64,000 nt of DNA, taken from Burkholderiales bacterium. Its GTDB lineage: Bacteria; Pseudomonadota; Gammaproteobacteria; Burkholderiales; Ga0077523. A program made the translations under genes and the position numbers. Shown piece by piece: positions 1-9,531 of the stretch. The notes under the pieces are model-generated. The model made no database searches, was not told the DNA's origin, and saw only the letters and a list, made by a program, of their open reading frames with translations. Position 1 is the stretch's first letter. Every line of letters starts with the position of its first letter. The stretch is from NCBI GenBank assembly GCA_044339985.1, contig JBIIUM010000002.1, positions 4,484 to 68,483 on the forward strand, read 5' to 3'.

Positions 1-189
1 AAGGCGGCGGAACGGGCGCAGGCCTGGAAGGCCGTATTCACGGACATCATGAAGGACGCGCCGTGGATTCCGGTGTTCAACGAGCAGCGCTTCACCTTCC
101 GCGCCAAGCGGCTGGGCGGGCCGGACAACCTGTACGTGGATCCGGTGCGCATCCCCATCAACTACGACCACATCTACATCAAGGGCTGA
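1..189 (+). CDS. ABC transporter substrate-binding protein (peptide/nickel family 5 type), 3' end only
   Basis: Frame 1 is open from the window edge to TGA at 187-189 (KAAERAQAWKAVFTDIMKDAPWIPVFNEQRF...DHIYIKG*). The C-terminus looks DppA/OppA-like, and Dpp-type ATPase genes lie downstream. It is absent from the ORF track because it is 5'-truncated. Confidence 0.55.
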   Translation, partial: KAAERAQAWKAVFTDIMKDAPWIPVFNEQRFTFRAKRLGGPDNLYVDPVRIPINYDHIYIKG

Positions 190-294
190 GTCAGGCCCGG
201 GCTGGTGCGCCGTGAGGCCCGCCAGCCCGCTGCGACGCGGGCGCGGCCTTCCGCGCCCGCGTCGTTTTCCGGCATCGCGCAGGAGCATGTCTTC

Positions 295-1238
295 ATGGCA
301 CACACGCATCACGATCACACCATCCACCGGCATCAGCACCACATCGGCTGGAACAACGCCATCGCGCCGGTGCTCACCATCGCGCCGGGCGCGTCGGTGG
401 AGTTCGAGGTCTTCGAAGCCTCGGGAGGGCAGCTCTCGCCCCGCTCCACGGTAGCCGACGTGACCGCCATGGATTTCGGCAAGGTCAACCCCGTCACCGG
501 GCCAGTGTACGTGGACGGGGCGCAGCCCGGCGACGTGCTCAAGGTGACGCTGCTCGGCTTCAAGCCCTCGGGTTGGGGCTGGACCGCCAACATCCCGGGC
601 TTCGGGCTGCTGGCCGACGATTTCACGGAACCCGCGCTGCACCTGTGGCAGTACGACCCGGCCACGCTCGCGCCGGCGTTCTTCGGGCGCTTCGGGCGGG
701 TGCCTCTCAAGCCCTTCACCGGCACCATCGGTGTGGCCATGGCCGAGGACGGGCAGCACAGCATCGTCCCGCCGCGCCGCGTGGGCGGCAACATGGACGT
801 GCGCGACGTGGCGGAGGGCACCGAGCTCTACCTGCCCGTGGAGGTGGCCGGCGCGCTGTTTTCCGTGGGCGACACCCATGCGGCCCAGGGCGACGGCGAG
901 GTGTGCGGCACGGCCATCGAGAGCCCCATGAGCGTGGCGCTGAAGTTCGATCTCATCAAGGGCGAGAAGCTCGCCTTCCCGCGCTTCACCACACCCGGGC
1001 CCGTCACGCGCCACCTGGACGCGAAGGGCTACGAGGTGACCACCGGCGTGTCGCCCGATCTCATGCAGGGCGCGCGCGACGCGGTGCGCGGCATGATCGA
1101 CCTTCTCACGCGGCGCCACGGCATGTCGGCCGTGGAGGCCTACATGCTGTGCAGCGTGTGCGCGGACCTGCGCATCTCCGAGATCGTGGATGTGCCCAAC
1201 TGGCTCGTGTCGCTGTATTTCCCGAGGATCGTTCTGGA

Positions 1239-1242
<4 letters not shown>
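295..1242 (+). CDS. acetamidase/formamidase family protein with His-rich N-terminus
   Basis: Lies in ORF 205..1242. The internal ATG at 295 gives MAHTHHDHTIHRHQHHIGWNN.... FmdA/AmdA-like stretches are present (NPVTGPVYVDGAQPGDVL, GGNMDVRD, GDTHAAQGDGEVCGTAIE). The stop overlaps the next gene's GTG. Confidence 0.85.
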
Positions 1243-2200
<958 letters not shown>

Positions 2201-2204
<4 letters not shown>

Positions 2205-3154
2205 GCACGCTGCTGGAGGTCGCCGGGCTCGCCAAGGCCTTTCCGTTGAAGGGCGGCGGGGCTGTTCACGCCGTCAACGGCGTGAGCTTCCAGCAGGCGG
2301 CGGGCGAGACCATCGGCATCGTGGGCGAGTCGGGTTGCGGCAAGTCCACTCTGGGGCGGCTGATCCTGCAGCTCATCCGTCCCACCGCGGGCAGTGTGCG
2401 CTTCCGGGGCAAGGATCTCACGCTGCTGCCGGAGACGGCCTTGCGCCCCATGCGCCGGCACCTGCAGATGATTTTCCAGGACCCCTATGCGGCGCTCGAC
2501 CCGCGCATGCGCGTGGGGGCGCTGGTGGAGGAACCACTGGCCATTCACGGCATCGGCACCCGCGCCGAGCGCGCCAGGGCAGTGGCGGAACTGCTCGAGA
2601 CCTGCGGCCTGCCCGCGGAGGCTGCAGCGCGCCATCCGCACGAGTTCTCCGGCGGGCAGCGCCAGCGGATTTGCATCGCCCGGGCGCTGGCGTTGTCGCC
2701 CGACTTGATCGTGGCCGACGAGCCCGTGTCGGCGCTGGATGTTTCCATCCAGTCGCAGATCCTCAACCTCATGATGGCCTTGAAGCGCGACCGTGGGCTC
2801 TCCTACCTGTTCATCTCCCACAACCTAGCGGTGGTGAAGTACGTGAGCGACCGGCTCGCGGTGATGTATCTCGGCCGCGTGGTGGAGATGGGCCCCGCCG
2901 AGGAGATCTACGCCGACCCCCGTCACCCCTACACCCGCGCCCTGATCGCAGCCATCCCCGAACCCGATCCCGACCGCCCCCGTGACCATGCAGTGGTGCA
3001 GGGCGACCTGCCCAGCCCGGAAAACCCGCCACCCGGTTGCCGGTTCCATCCGCGCTGCCCTCATGCCACCGAGCGCTGCCGGGTGGAGGCGCCCGAGCCC
3101 GTGGCCGTGGGCGGGCGCGACCGGGCCCATTTCGTCGAATGCCATCTCTATTGA
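2201..3154 (+). CDS. oligopeptide/dipeptide ABC transporter ATP-binding protein (DppF/OppF-like)
   Basis: Walker A GESGCGKST, signature FSGGQRQR, Walker B LIVADEPVSALD, and C-terminal HPYTRALI / GCRFHPRCP. GTG at 2201 overlaps the dppD-like TGA (GTGA). Confidence 0.9.
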
Positions 3155-3167
3155 GAGCCACGCCCCC

Positions 3168-3650
3168 GTGAGTGACTTTTCCATCCGTCCAGCCACGGCC
3201 GACGACACTGCGCTGGTATTGCGCTTCGTGCGCGAACTGGCCAGCTACGAGCGGCTTTCGCATCTGGTCACCGCCAGCGAAGACGCGCTGCGCGAATCGC
3301 TGTTCGGGGCGCAGCCCGGCGCCGAGGTGGCGCTTGCCTTCGAGGCGCGCACCCCGGTGGGCTTTGCCGTGTACTTTCACACCTTCTCCACCTTCCTGGG
3401 CAGGAAGGGTTTGTGGCTGGAGGACATCTTCGTGCTGCCCGAGCATCGTCGCAAAGGGTGCGGCCGCGCGTTGCTGCTCCACGTGGCGCGCATCGCGGTG
3501 GCGCGCGGCTGCGGCCGCTTCGAGTGGACCGCCCTTGACTGGAATACGCCCGCGTGGGAGTTCTACAAGTCCCTCGGAGCGCAGCCGCTGGAGGATTGGA
3601 CCATCTTTCGCGTCACTGGCGATGCCTTGAAGAAGATTGCCGCGGCCTGA
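3168..3650 (+). CDS. GNAT family N-acetyltransferase (diamine/SSAT-like)
   Basis: GTG at 3168 lies 14 nt after the upstream stop. The acetyl-CoA motif region is LEDIFVLPEHRRKGCGRALL. The product is about 160 aa, typical for GNAT. Confidence 0.8.
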   Translation: MSDFSIRPATADDTALVLRFVRELASYERLSHLVTASEDALRESLFGAQPGAEVALAFEARTPVGFAVYFHTFSTFLGRKGLWLEDIFVLPEHRRKGCGRALLLHVARIAVARGCGRFEWTALDWNTPAWEFYKSLGAQPLEDWTIFRVTGDALKKIAAA

Positions 3651-3726
3651 AGCTCCCTCACACCCATGCCGGCAGTGGCGGGCCCGCGGGTGCGCCACAG
3701 GTATCGAGGAGCGCTGCACGGCCGTG

Positions 3727-3766
3727 AAACAAAATGACGCGGGGCCAGCTTCAAGCTGGCCCCGCG
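3727..3766 (-). terminator. rho-independent terminator downstream of psiF
   Basis: Perfect 13-bp stem CGCGGGGCCAGCT/AGCTGGCCCCGCG at 3738-3766 with a 3-nt loop. On the minus strand it is followed by UCAUUUUGUUU (3737-3727). Confidence 0.65.
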
Positions 3767-3801
3767 TGCCCTTCCAGGTGCAGACCCGCTGTGCGGGAGA
3801 G

Positions 3802-4101
3802 TCAAGCCCCCACGCAGCCGGCCACGAACTGCTTGCGCTCGTCGCCGCGCAGGGCCTTCGACTTGGCCTCTTCCGTGCATGCGCGCGTCTTTTCCTTTTG
3901 TGCCAGGCGCTGTGCCTTTTCCTCGGGACTGGCTGCAAGGCACTGGCTCATGAATTCGCGCCGCTCCGTGCCTTTGAGAGACTTGGCTTTTGCATCGGCG
4001 CTGCAGGACTTCATCTTTTCCTGCTGGGTGGCGGCGGAGGCCGGGCTGGCAGCGATCATGGCTGCGGTGGCGAGGGTGGCGGCGATCAGGATGGTCTTCA
4101 T
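3802..4101 (-). CDS. psiF: PsiF-repeat protein (phosphate starvation-inducible PsiF family), secreted
   Basis: The internal ATG at 4101 of ORF 3802..4461 gives a 99-aa protein. It has signal peptide MKTILIAATLATAAMIAASPASA and two PsiF-type repeats (KSCSADAKAKSLKGTERREFMSQCL and RACTEEAKSKALRGDERKQFVAGC). Confidence 0.75.
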   Translation of the reverse strand: MKTILIAATLATAAMIAASPASAATQQEKMKSCSADAKAKSLKGTERREFMSQCLAASPEEKAQRLAQKEKTRACTEEAKSKALRGDERKQFVAGCVGA

Positions 4102-4280
4102 TTTCAATGCTCCCGTAGGTTGGTGATTCGACCGCGACATGCGATCGGTGCTCAGGCTATGGGCGCCGAAACGCTGCCGCATCGCCAGGCAGCCACGAAG
4201 CGCGATGCGCCACCGCCCGTGCCGGATTTCGCCACCGTGCCCGAGGGTGCCGAGCCCGGTTGAACGCGGGTGCAAACGGT

Positions 4281-5018
4281 TCAGCGGGGAGGAGCCGGAT
4301 CGCCGGGCGCCTTGATGCCGATGAACAGGTACCAGGGCATGCGCAGCAGTGGCAGCCAGGGGATCGTGCCGCTGCGTTCCAGCAGCACCCGGGTCCGAAA
4401 ACGCGCTTCCAGGTAGGGCAGGTGGTCGGGGCTCGGAAAGACGCCGTCCCGATCGAACCATGTGCGCCAGAAGGCTCTGGCCAGGGCGGCCTGGCGGGCG
4501 CGACCCTGGGGCGGGTCACGCCGCGGGACGTGGAAATCCACCACGCCGATCAATCCACCCGGCTCGAGCATGTGCCACGCGTTGTCCACCGCCCGAAACC
4601 AGTCGGGGATCATGGTCAGTGAATAGCTGAGCAGGACCGCCTGCACCGGTGCCTCGGGCCGCCAGACGGTGGCGTCGGCCTCGATCAAGCGCACGTTGGG
4701 CCACGCAGCGGTACGCCGCCGTGCTTCGTTGAGCAGCGGCGCGCACAGGTCCACCAGCCAGACTGTCTCCAGCGTGGTAAGGCGCTCGCCGAGGAACTCC
4801 AGGTTACGCGCAGTGCCCCCGCCCAGCTCGGCCAGCCGCGTGCCGGGCTGCGGCGCAAGCAGTTCCAGCAGCTCGCGGCGGCCGTGGAGCAGCCGCTCGC
4901 GGGAGCGGTCGTAGTGCCTGGCCTGGGGGCCGTAGAAGGCCTCCAGGCGCTGGGCATGGCTGCCGCCGCGGGGTTGGCCGCGCAGCAATTGCAGCAGCAC
5001 TCGCGCCTCGGAGAGCAC
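4281..5018 (-). CDS. class I SAM-dependent methyltransferase (BtaB-like context)
   Basis: 245-aa ORF with SAM motif I RLAELGGGTARNLEFLG. The GTG start is preceded by AGGAGG (5025-5030). It lies 12 nt downstream of the DUF3419 gene. Confidence 0.8.
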   Translation of the reverse strand: MLSEARVLLQLLRGQPRGGSHAQRLEAFYGPQARHYDRSRERLLHGRRELLELLAPQPGTRLAELGGGTARNLEFLGERLTTLETVWLVDLCAPLLNEARRRTAAWPNVRLIEADATVWRPEAPVQAVLLSYSLTMIPDWFRAVDNAWHMLEPGGLIGVVDFHVPRRDPPQGRARQAALARAFWRTWFDRDGVFPSPDHLPYLEARFRTRVLLERSGTIPWLPLLRMPWYLFIGIKAPGDPAPPR

Positions 5019-5030
5019 GGCGGTCCTCCT

Positions 5031-6269
5031 TCAGCCCGGCAGGTCGGCGATGTGGAAGCCCGCATAGGTGTGCACCCGGTCCTGGCGGGTGAGTTCGCGG
5101 GCCCATTCGTCGTGGAAGCGCAACACATGCCGCAACGGCGCGGCGCCGTCCGTACAAGCCAGTCGGATGCGATCCAGGTAGCGCGGTCTGGCATGAGCGC
5201 TGCGAAACAACACGCGGGCGCCGGGCGTGGCGCGCTCCAGGATGCGCTGCCATTCCTCCTGCAGCGCCTCCGGATGGTAGGAGCTCATCCAGTCCATGTG
5301 GTCGAGCAGCACGAAGCGCGAGATGCGCTCGCGTGTTCCGGCGAGGAAGTCGGTGACCGTGCAGGTATGGGGACTCACCCGCGCAGCGAGCCCGCCCTTG
5401 AGCGCATCGAAGCCCGTGCGCGTCAGGTATTGGGGGCAGCACTGGGGGGTGTAGTGCCCGCGCAGGTACACCTGCCAGAAATAGTTGGTTGCCACTGGCA
5501 GGTGGCGAAACACGTAGTCGATGGCTTCGCGCACGTAGCCCCCGACACCGTGGATGTGCTGGGCGAGCACTTCCTTGCGCTGCGGGTGGGGAACGCCCAG
5601 CAGCGACAGGGTGATCTGGCGGCCCAGGAGCCAGTTCATGTGGGGCGTCCAGAGCAGTGGCCGGATGCGGCTGTCGTAGAGGTGCCGCTGGTGCTCCATG
5701 CTGGCGGTCTCGCACAAGTCGCGCACGGCGCGCGCCAGCGCCGGCCGCAGCCTGAGGTAGCCGCGCATGCCGCGCGCCACCAGGCCCGACAGGCCGTGGT
5801 AGTAGAAGCTTCCCTTGTCTTCGCGATGGCTGAACCAGTGGTTGCGGCGGTCCCAGAAGCCTCGTGCGAAGGGTGACAGGCCGCTGCGCAGCGCATCGCG
5901 GTAGAGCGCCTCGAAGCGCGGGTGGCGGCCATGGCCGAAGAGCTGGAAGAAGTCCTCGTATCCCAGGTGATGCAGGGCGGAGAGCTTCAACTCCAGCAAC
6001 GCTGTCTGGCGAGGGTTGGCGTCCACGGCATGCACCCGGGCGGGTCCGCACAGCGCGTAGTCGAGCGCGTTGCAGCCGGCGCTGGTGATCACGAGCACCG
6101 TGTCATCAGGGCCAAGACGCAGCGCTTGCCGACCCACCGCCGGGTCTTCCCAGCAGGTGTTGTAGACCAGCGATCGCGAGTAGATCGCGTTGAAGACTCG
6201 CTGGTCGATGCGATCGCCGAGCGTGAGATCGTCGGGTTTCAGGGTCGGGCACTCCGCGCGCGTCGGCAC
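5031..6269 (-). CDS. DUF3419 family protein (BtaA-like S-adenosylmethionine:diacylglycerol 3-amino-3-carboxypropyl transferase family)
   Basis: 412-aa ORF with the characteristic N-terminus NAIYSRSLVYNTCWEDPAVGRQALRLGPDDTVLVITSAGCNALDYAL and a length typical of the family. GTG start. Confidence 0.8.
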   Translation of the reverse strand: MPTRAECPTLKPDDLTLGDRIDQRVFNAIYSRSLVYNTCWEDPAVGRQALRLGPDDTVLVITSAGCNALDYALCGPARVHAVDANPRQTALLELKLSALHHLGYEDFFQLFGHGRHPRFEALYRDALRSGLSPFARGFWDRRNHWFSHREDKGSFYYHGLSGLVARGMRGYLRLRPALARAVRDLCETASMEHQRHLYDSRIRPLLWTPHMNWLLGRQITLSLLGVPHPQRKEVLAQHIHGVGGYVREAIDYVFRHLPVATNYFWQVYLRGHYTPQCCPQYLTRTGFDALKGGLAARVSPHTCTVTDFLAGTRERISRFVLLDHMDWMSSYHPEALQEEWQRILERATPGARVLFRSAHARPRYLDRIRLACTDGAAPLRHVLRFHDEWARELTRQDRVHTYAGFHIADLPG

Positions 6270-6314
6270 GCAACTGCCCCATGTTCGAGCCGCCAGGTGA
6301 CGGCGCGATGACTC

Positions 6315-6776
6315 TCAGGTTGACGTCTCGTGACGATCCGGGGTGGCGGCCGGCTCGGCCCGGAAGCTGGGGCAGTCGTACAGGGCGATGTGGAAGGCGC
6401 TTTCCGGGTAGCGCCCGCAGGCCAGGCGCTGCCAGAAAGCGGTGCCGTGGATGCGGCAGCGCGATTCGCCCTGCGCGGTCCAGTCCAGGAACACGCAGCG
6501 CCGGTCGAGGCAGCAGCGGCCGCAGTGGGTACAGGCCCCGATAACGCGCTCGGAGGGCCGCGGTGCGCGCCCGTTGCGCCAGTACCGCGACACGGCCGCG
6601 GCGCGTACCTGGCCGCGCAGGTGACCGGCCGCTCGCAGCAGGGTGCGTCCGTAGGCGGTGAAATAGCGCCGGTCTCGCGCGATCAGGCTGGCCACCACCG
6701 GCGCGAGGGGCAGCAGCAGGCCCATGAGGCCTGCAACGGTGAAGTCGAGCCAGCGGTGGCGGTTGGGGGTGCGCAT
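6315..6776 (-). CDS. membrane-anchored CxxCxxCC (YkgJ-type zinc/iron-chelating) domain protein
   Basis: The ATG at 6776 inside shadow ORF 6315..8405 gives a 153-aa protein. It has one N-terminal TM segment (FTVAGLMGLLLPLAPVVASLI) and the motif CTHCGRCC plus further Cys residues. It is co-directional with the DUF3419 gene and 45 nt upstream of it. Confidence 0.55.
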   Translation of the reverse strand: MRTPNRHRWLDFTVAGLMGLLLPLAPVVASLIARDRRYFTAYGRTLLRAAGHLRGQVRAAAVSRYWRNGRAPRPSERVIGACTHCGRCCLDRRCVFLDWTAQGESRCRIHGTAFWQRLACGRYPESAFHIALYDCPSFRAEPAATPDRHETST

Positions 6777-6899
6777 GGCCGCACTGTAGCCCTCCCGCGG
6801 GGCTGCGCCAAGCGCACCGGCGCCGCGGGCCGCGCGCCATACCGGCCCCACGGTCCGCGCTCGCGCGCCTACACTCACGGTTGTCTCCGTGCGGCACCC

Positions 6900-8651
6900 A
6901 TGACCATGTCCACAGCCCTCGATCCCATCACCCTCTCGGTCATCCAGAACGGTTTGCAGCAGGTCTGCAACGAGATGGACCTGGCCTTCGTACGATCGGC
7001 CTTCAGCCCGGTGATTTCCGAGGCGCTGGACCGCTCCGACGGCATTTACCACCGCCACAGCGGCGAACTCATCGCCCAGGGCGATCTGGGTTTGCCGGTG
7101 TTTGTGGGCACCATGCAGTTCTCCACCCAGGCGGTGATCGAGCGCGCGCGCGACCTGGCGCCAGGCGACGTCTATATCGTCAACGACCCCTACCTGGGCG
7201 GCACGCACCTCATGGATGTGAAGTTCGTGAAGCCCTTCTTTCACCAGGGCAGGCTGTGGTGCTGGCTCGCCAACACGGGGCACTGGCCAGACACTGGCGG
7301 CATGGTGCCCGGCGGGTTCTCCGCCAACGCCACCGAGGTGGAGCAGGAGGGGTTGCGGCTGCCGCCGGTGAAGCTGTTCAAGCGCGGCGAACTGGATCCG
7401 GAGATCCTGTCCATCATCCTGTCCAACATCCGCCTGGCCGACCAGCGCATCGGCGACATCCAGGCCCAGGCGGCCGCGCTGGCGGTGGGCGAGAAGCGGC
7501 TCGCGGCGCTGCTCGAGCGTTACGGCGCATCCACCGTGGACGCGGCCGTGGCCGAGCTCAAGGCGAGGGCCGCGCGGCAGATGCGCGCGCGCATCGCCAC
7601 CATTCCGGACGGTACCTACCACGGCGAGGCCTGGGTGGACTCGGACGGCGTGGTGGACGAGCCGCTGCGCATCGCCATGACGGTAACCAAATCCGGCGAG
7701 CGGCTGCGCTTCGACATGAGCGGCTCCTCGCCGCCTTGCAAGGGGCCCATGAACAGCGTCATCGCCACCACCCGCTCCTCCATCTATCTGGCGGTGAAGC
7801 ACGTCTTTCCCGAGGTGCCCATCAACGCCGGCACCTTCGAGCCCATCGAGATCGTGGACCCCGAGGGCACTTTTCTCTACGCCCGCTACCCGCGACCGGT
7901 GTCGGGTTGCGCTGCCGAGGTGAGCCAGCGCATTGCCGAAGCGGTGTTCAACGCGCTGGTGAAGGCCATTCCCGACCGGCTGTTCGCCGCGCCGGCGGGC
8001 ACCTCGGGCAACTTCGCCCTGGGCGGGACGGATCCGGAGCGCGGCCGGCCCTACGTCATGTATGTCATCTCCGGCGGCGGCTACGGCGGCTCGCCCGCCG
8101 GCGACGGCATTTCCAACGGCTGCTCCACCATCGGCATCTCCAAGACCACGCCCATCGAGGTGATGGAGCAGCGCTACCCGGTGCTGTTCGAGCGCTACGC
8201 ACTGCACGAGGGTTCGGGGGGCGCGGGCGAGCACCGTGGCGGCTTCGGCGTGAGCTACGCGGTCCGGCTGCGCCGCGGCGAGGCGCGCGCGTCCTTCGTG
8301 ATGGACCACGGCCGCTTCGGTCCGCGCGGTGCTCTTGGCGGCAGCGATGGCGGCCTCAACGGGGTGACGGTGCGCGGCAGCGGTGGGCCTTACCGCCCGG
8401 CGCATCTGTCCAAGGATCAGGACATTGCCCTGCAGCCCGGTGATGTGGTGGCGGTGGAGACGCCGGGCGGTGGCGGTTTTGGCGATCCGCTGCGGCGTGA
8501 TCCCGATTTGGTGGCGCGGGATGTGCGCCGCGGCTACTACGGCGCGGCGGAGGCCGCGGCGCGCTATGCGGTGGTGCTGGGTCCCGATGGCGAGCCAGAT
8601 GCCGACGCAACTGCCACTGCCCGGCGCTTTGGCGGCGCCGCCGGCAGCTGA
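6900..8651 (+). CDS. hydantoinase B/oxoprolinase family protein (HyuB-like)
   Basis: The ATG at 6900 in ORF 6330..8651 gives MTMSTALDPITLSVIQNGLQQVCNEMDLAFVRSAFSPVISEALD..., the typical HyuB N-terminus. Also present are DVYIVNDPYLGGTHLMD and a GGGGFGDP C-terminal motif. Confidence 0.85.
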   Translation: MTMSTALDPITLSVIQNGLQQVCNEMDLAFVRSAFSPVISEALDRSDGIYHRHSGELIAQGDLGLPVFVGTMQFSTQAVIERARDLAPGDVYIVNDPYLGGTHLMDVKFVKPFFHQGRLWCWLANTGHWPDTGGMVPGGFSANATEVEQEGLRLPPVKLFKRGELDPEILSIILSNIRLADQRIGDIQAQAAALAVGEKRLAALLERYGASTVDAAVAELKARAARQMRARIATIPDGTYHGEAWVDSDGVVDEPLRIAMTVTKSGERLRFDMSGSSPPCKGPMNSVIATTRSSIYLAVKHVFPEVPINAGTFEPIEIVDPEGTFLYARYPRPVSGCAAEVSQRIAEAVFNALVKAIPDRLFAAPAGTSGNFALGGTDPERGRPYVMYVISGGGYGGSPAGDGISNGCSTIGISKTTPIEVMEQRYPVLFERYALHEGSGGAGEHRGGFGVSYAVRLRRGEARASFVMDHGRFGPRGALGGSDGGLNGVTVRGSGGPYRPAHLSKDQDIALQPGDVVAVETPGGGGFGDPLRRDPDLVARDVRRGYYGAAEAAARYAVVLGPDGEPDADATATARRFGGAAGS

Positions 8652-8799
8652 AGATTTGCCCAGGCCCTCTTTTTTTCGTGTGCCCGTTGCAGGCTGCCAT
8701 GGGCGGGCGGAAAATGGCCCCCGGGGTCCGTGGCGGGCCCAGGCGCCGGCAGGCTCTGCCGGAAGTCACACTGAAGGCATAACCGAGCGGGAGATTTTT

Positions 8800-9531
8800 A
8801 TGAGTGGATTCGATCGTCGCAGCTTCCTGAAGGTCGCGGGCGGTGCGGCGCTGGGCGCCGCGGCGGGTGGCGGCTGGCTCGCCCAGGCGCTGGCTGCCGG
8901 CAAGATCACCCCCGGCCCCACCGACGTGTTCATCGTGGTGGACGTGCAGAAGTGCTTCGTGCCGGGCGGTTCGCTGGCGGTGAACAAGGGCGATGAGGTG
9001 GTACCCATCATCAATGCCCTGGCGAAGAAGTTCCAGAACGTGGTGATGACCCAGGACTGGCACACCGCCGACCACGTCTCCTTCGCCTCCCAGCACGACG
9101 GCAAGAAGCCCTTCGAGAGCATCAAGCTGGGCTATGGCAACCAGGTGTTGTGGCCCGATCACTGCGTGCAGGGCACCGACGGCGCGGCATTTGCGCCTGG
9201 CCTCGACATCCCCCATGCCATGCTGGTGATCCGCAAGGGCTTCAACCGCGGCATCGACAGCTATTCCACCTTCCGCGAGGCGGATGGCAAGTCCACCACC
9301 GGCCTTGCCGGCTATCTCAAGGCGCGGGGCATCAAGACCTGCTACCTGGCGGGCCTGGCCACGGACTTCTGCGTGGCCTGGAGCGCGCTGGACGCCCGCA
9401 AGGAGGGCTTCAAGGCGGCGGTCATCGAGGACGCCTCCCGCGGCATCGACCTCAACGGCTCCATTGCCGCGGCCTGGAAGGACATGGTCGGCAAGGGCGT
9501 GCAGCGCATCCAGTCGGCGGATTTCGCCTGA
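8800..9531 (+). CDS. pncA: nicotinamidase/pyrazinamidase (isochorismatase family) with twin-arginine signal peptide
   Basis: The ATG at 8800 gives MSGFDRRSFLKVAGGAALGAAAGGGWLAQALAAG, with Tat motif DRRSFLK. PncA motifs are VVDVQKCF, TQDWHTADHVSF (metal site) and LAGLATDFCV (catalytic Cys). Confidence 0.85.
   Translation: MSGFDRRSFLKVAGGAALGAAAGGGWLAQALAAGKITPGPTDVFIVVDVQKCFVPGGSLAVNKGDEVVPIINALAKKFQNVVMTQDWHTADHVSFASQHDGKKPFESIKLGYGNQVLWPDHCVQGTDGAAFAPGLDIPHAMLVIRKGFNRGIDSYSTFREADGKSTTGLAGYLKARGIKTCYLAGLATDFCVAWSALDARKEGFKAAVIEDASRGIDLNGSIAAAWKDMVGKGVQRIQSADFA

Noticed and set aside
4102-4280. A Pho-box search (CTGTCAT-N4-CTGTCAT type) upstream of psiF, and also upstream of the DUF3419 operon at 6777-6899.
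   Set aside because: No convincing tandem 7-bp repeats turned up by eye, only weak fragments such as TGTCGC...TCACC. Phosphate regulation of this locus therefore remains an inference from gene identity, not from a seen site.
4313-4326. A second FNR-like half-match, TTGATGCCGATGAA.
   Set aside because: It lies inside the methyltransferase coding sequence, about 220 nt from the psiF start. The second half-site is imperfect and no suitably spaced -10 element is present.
6777-8405. Very long minus-strand ORF (6315..8405, 696 aa) antisense to the HyuB gene. Similar giants are 19042..20892 (antisense to proS), 30819..33422 (antisense to hrpA), 10027..11616 (antisense to glpK), 15276..16523, 38237..39529 and 24048..25310.
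   Set aside because: Their translations are Arg/Ala/Gly/Pro-rich low-complexity strings with no family motifs. Each lies opposite a gene with clear homology signatures. Stop-codon paucity in very GC-rich DNA produces such shadow ORFs. Only the 3' 462 nt of 6315..8405, which lies outside hyuB, looks like a real gene.
8652-8690. The T7 run (CTCTTTTTTT) after hyuB as an intrinsic terminator.
   Set aside because: I could not find a stable GC-rich stem immediately upstream; the best pairing is 4 bp. It is not called.
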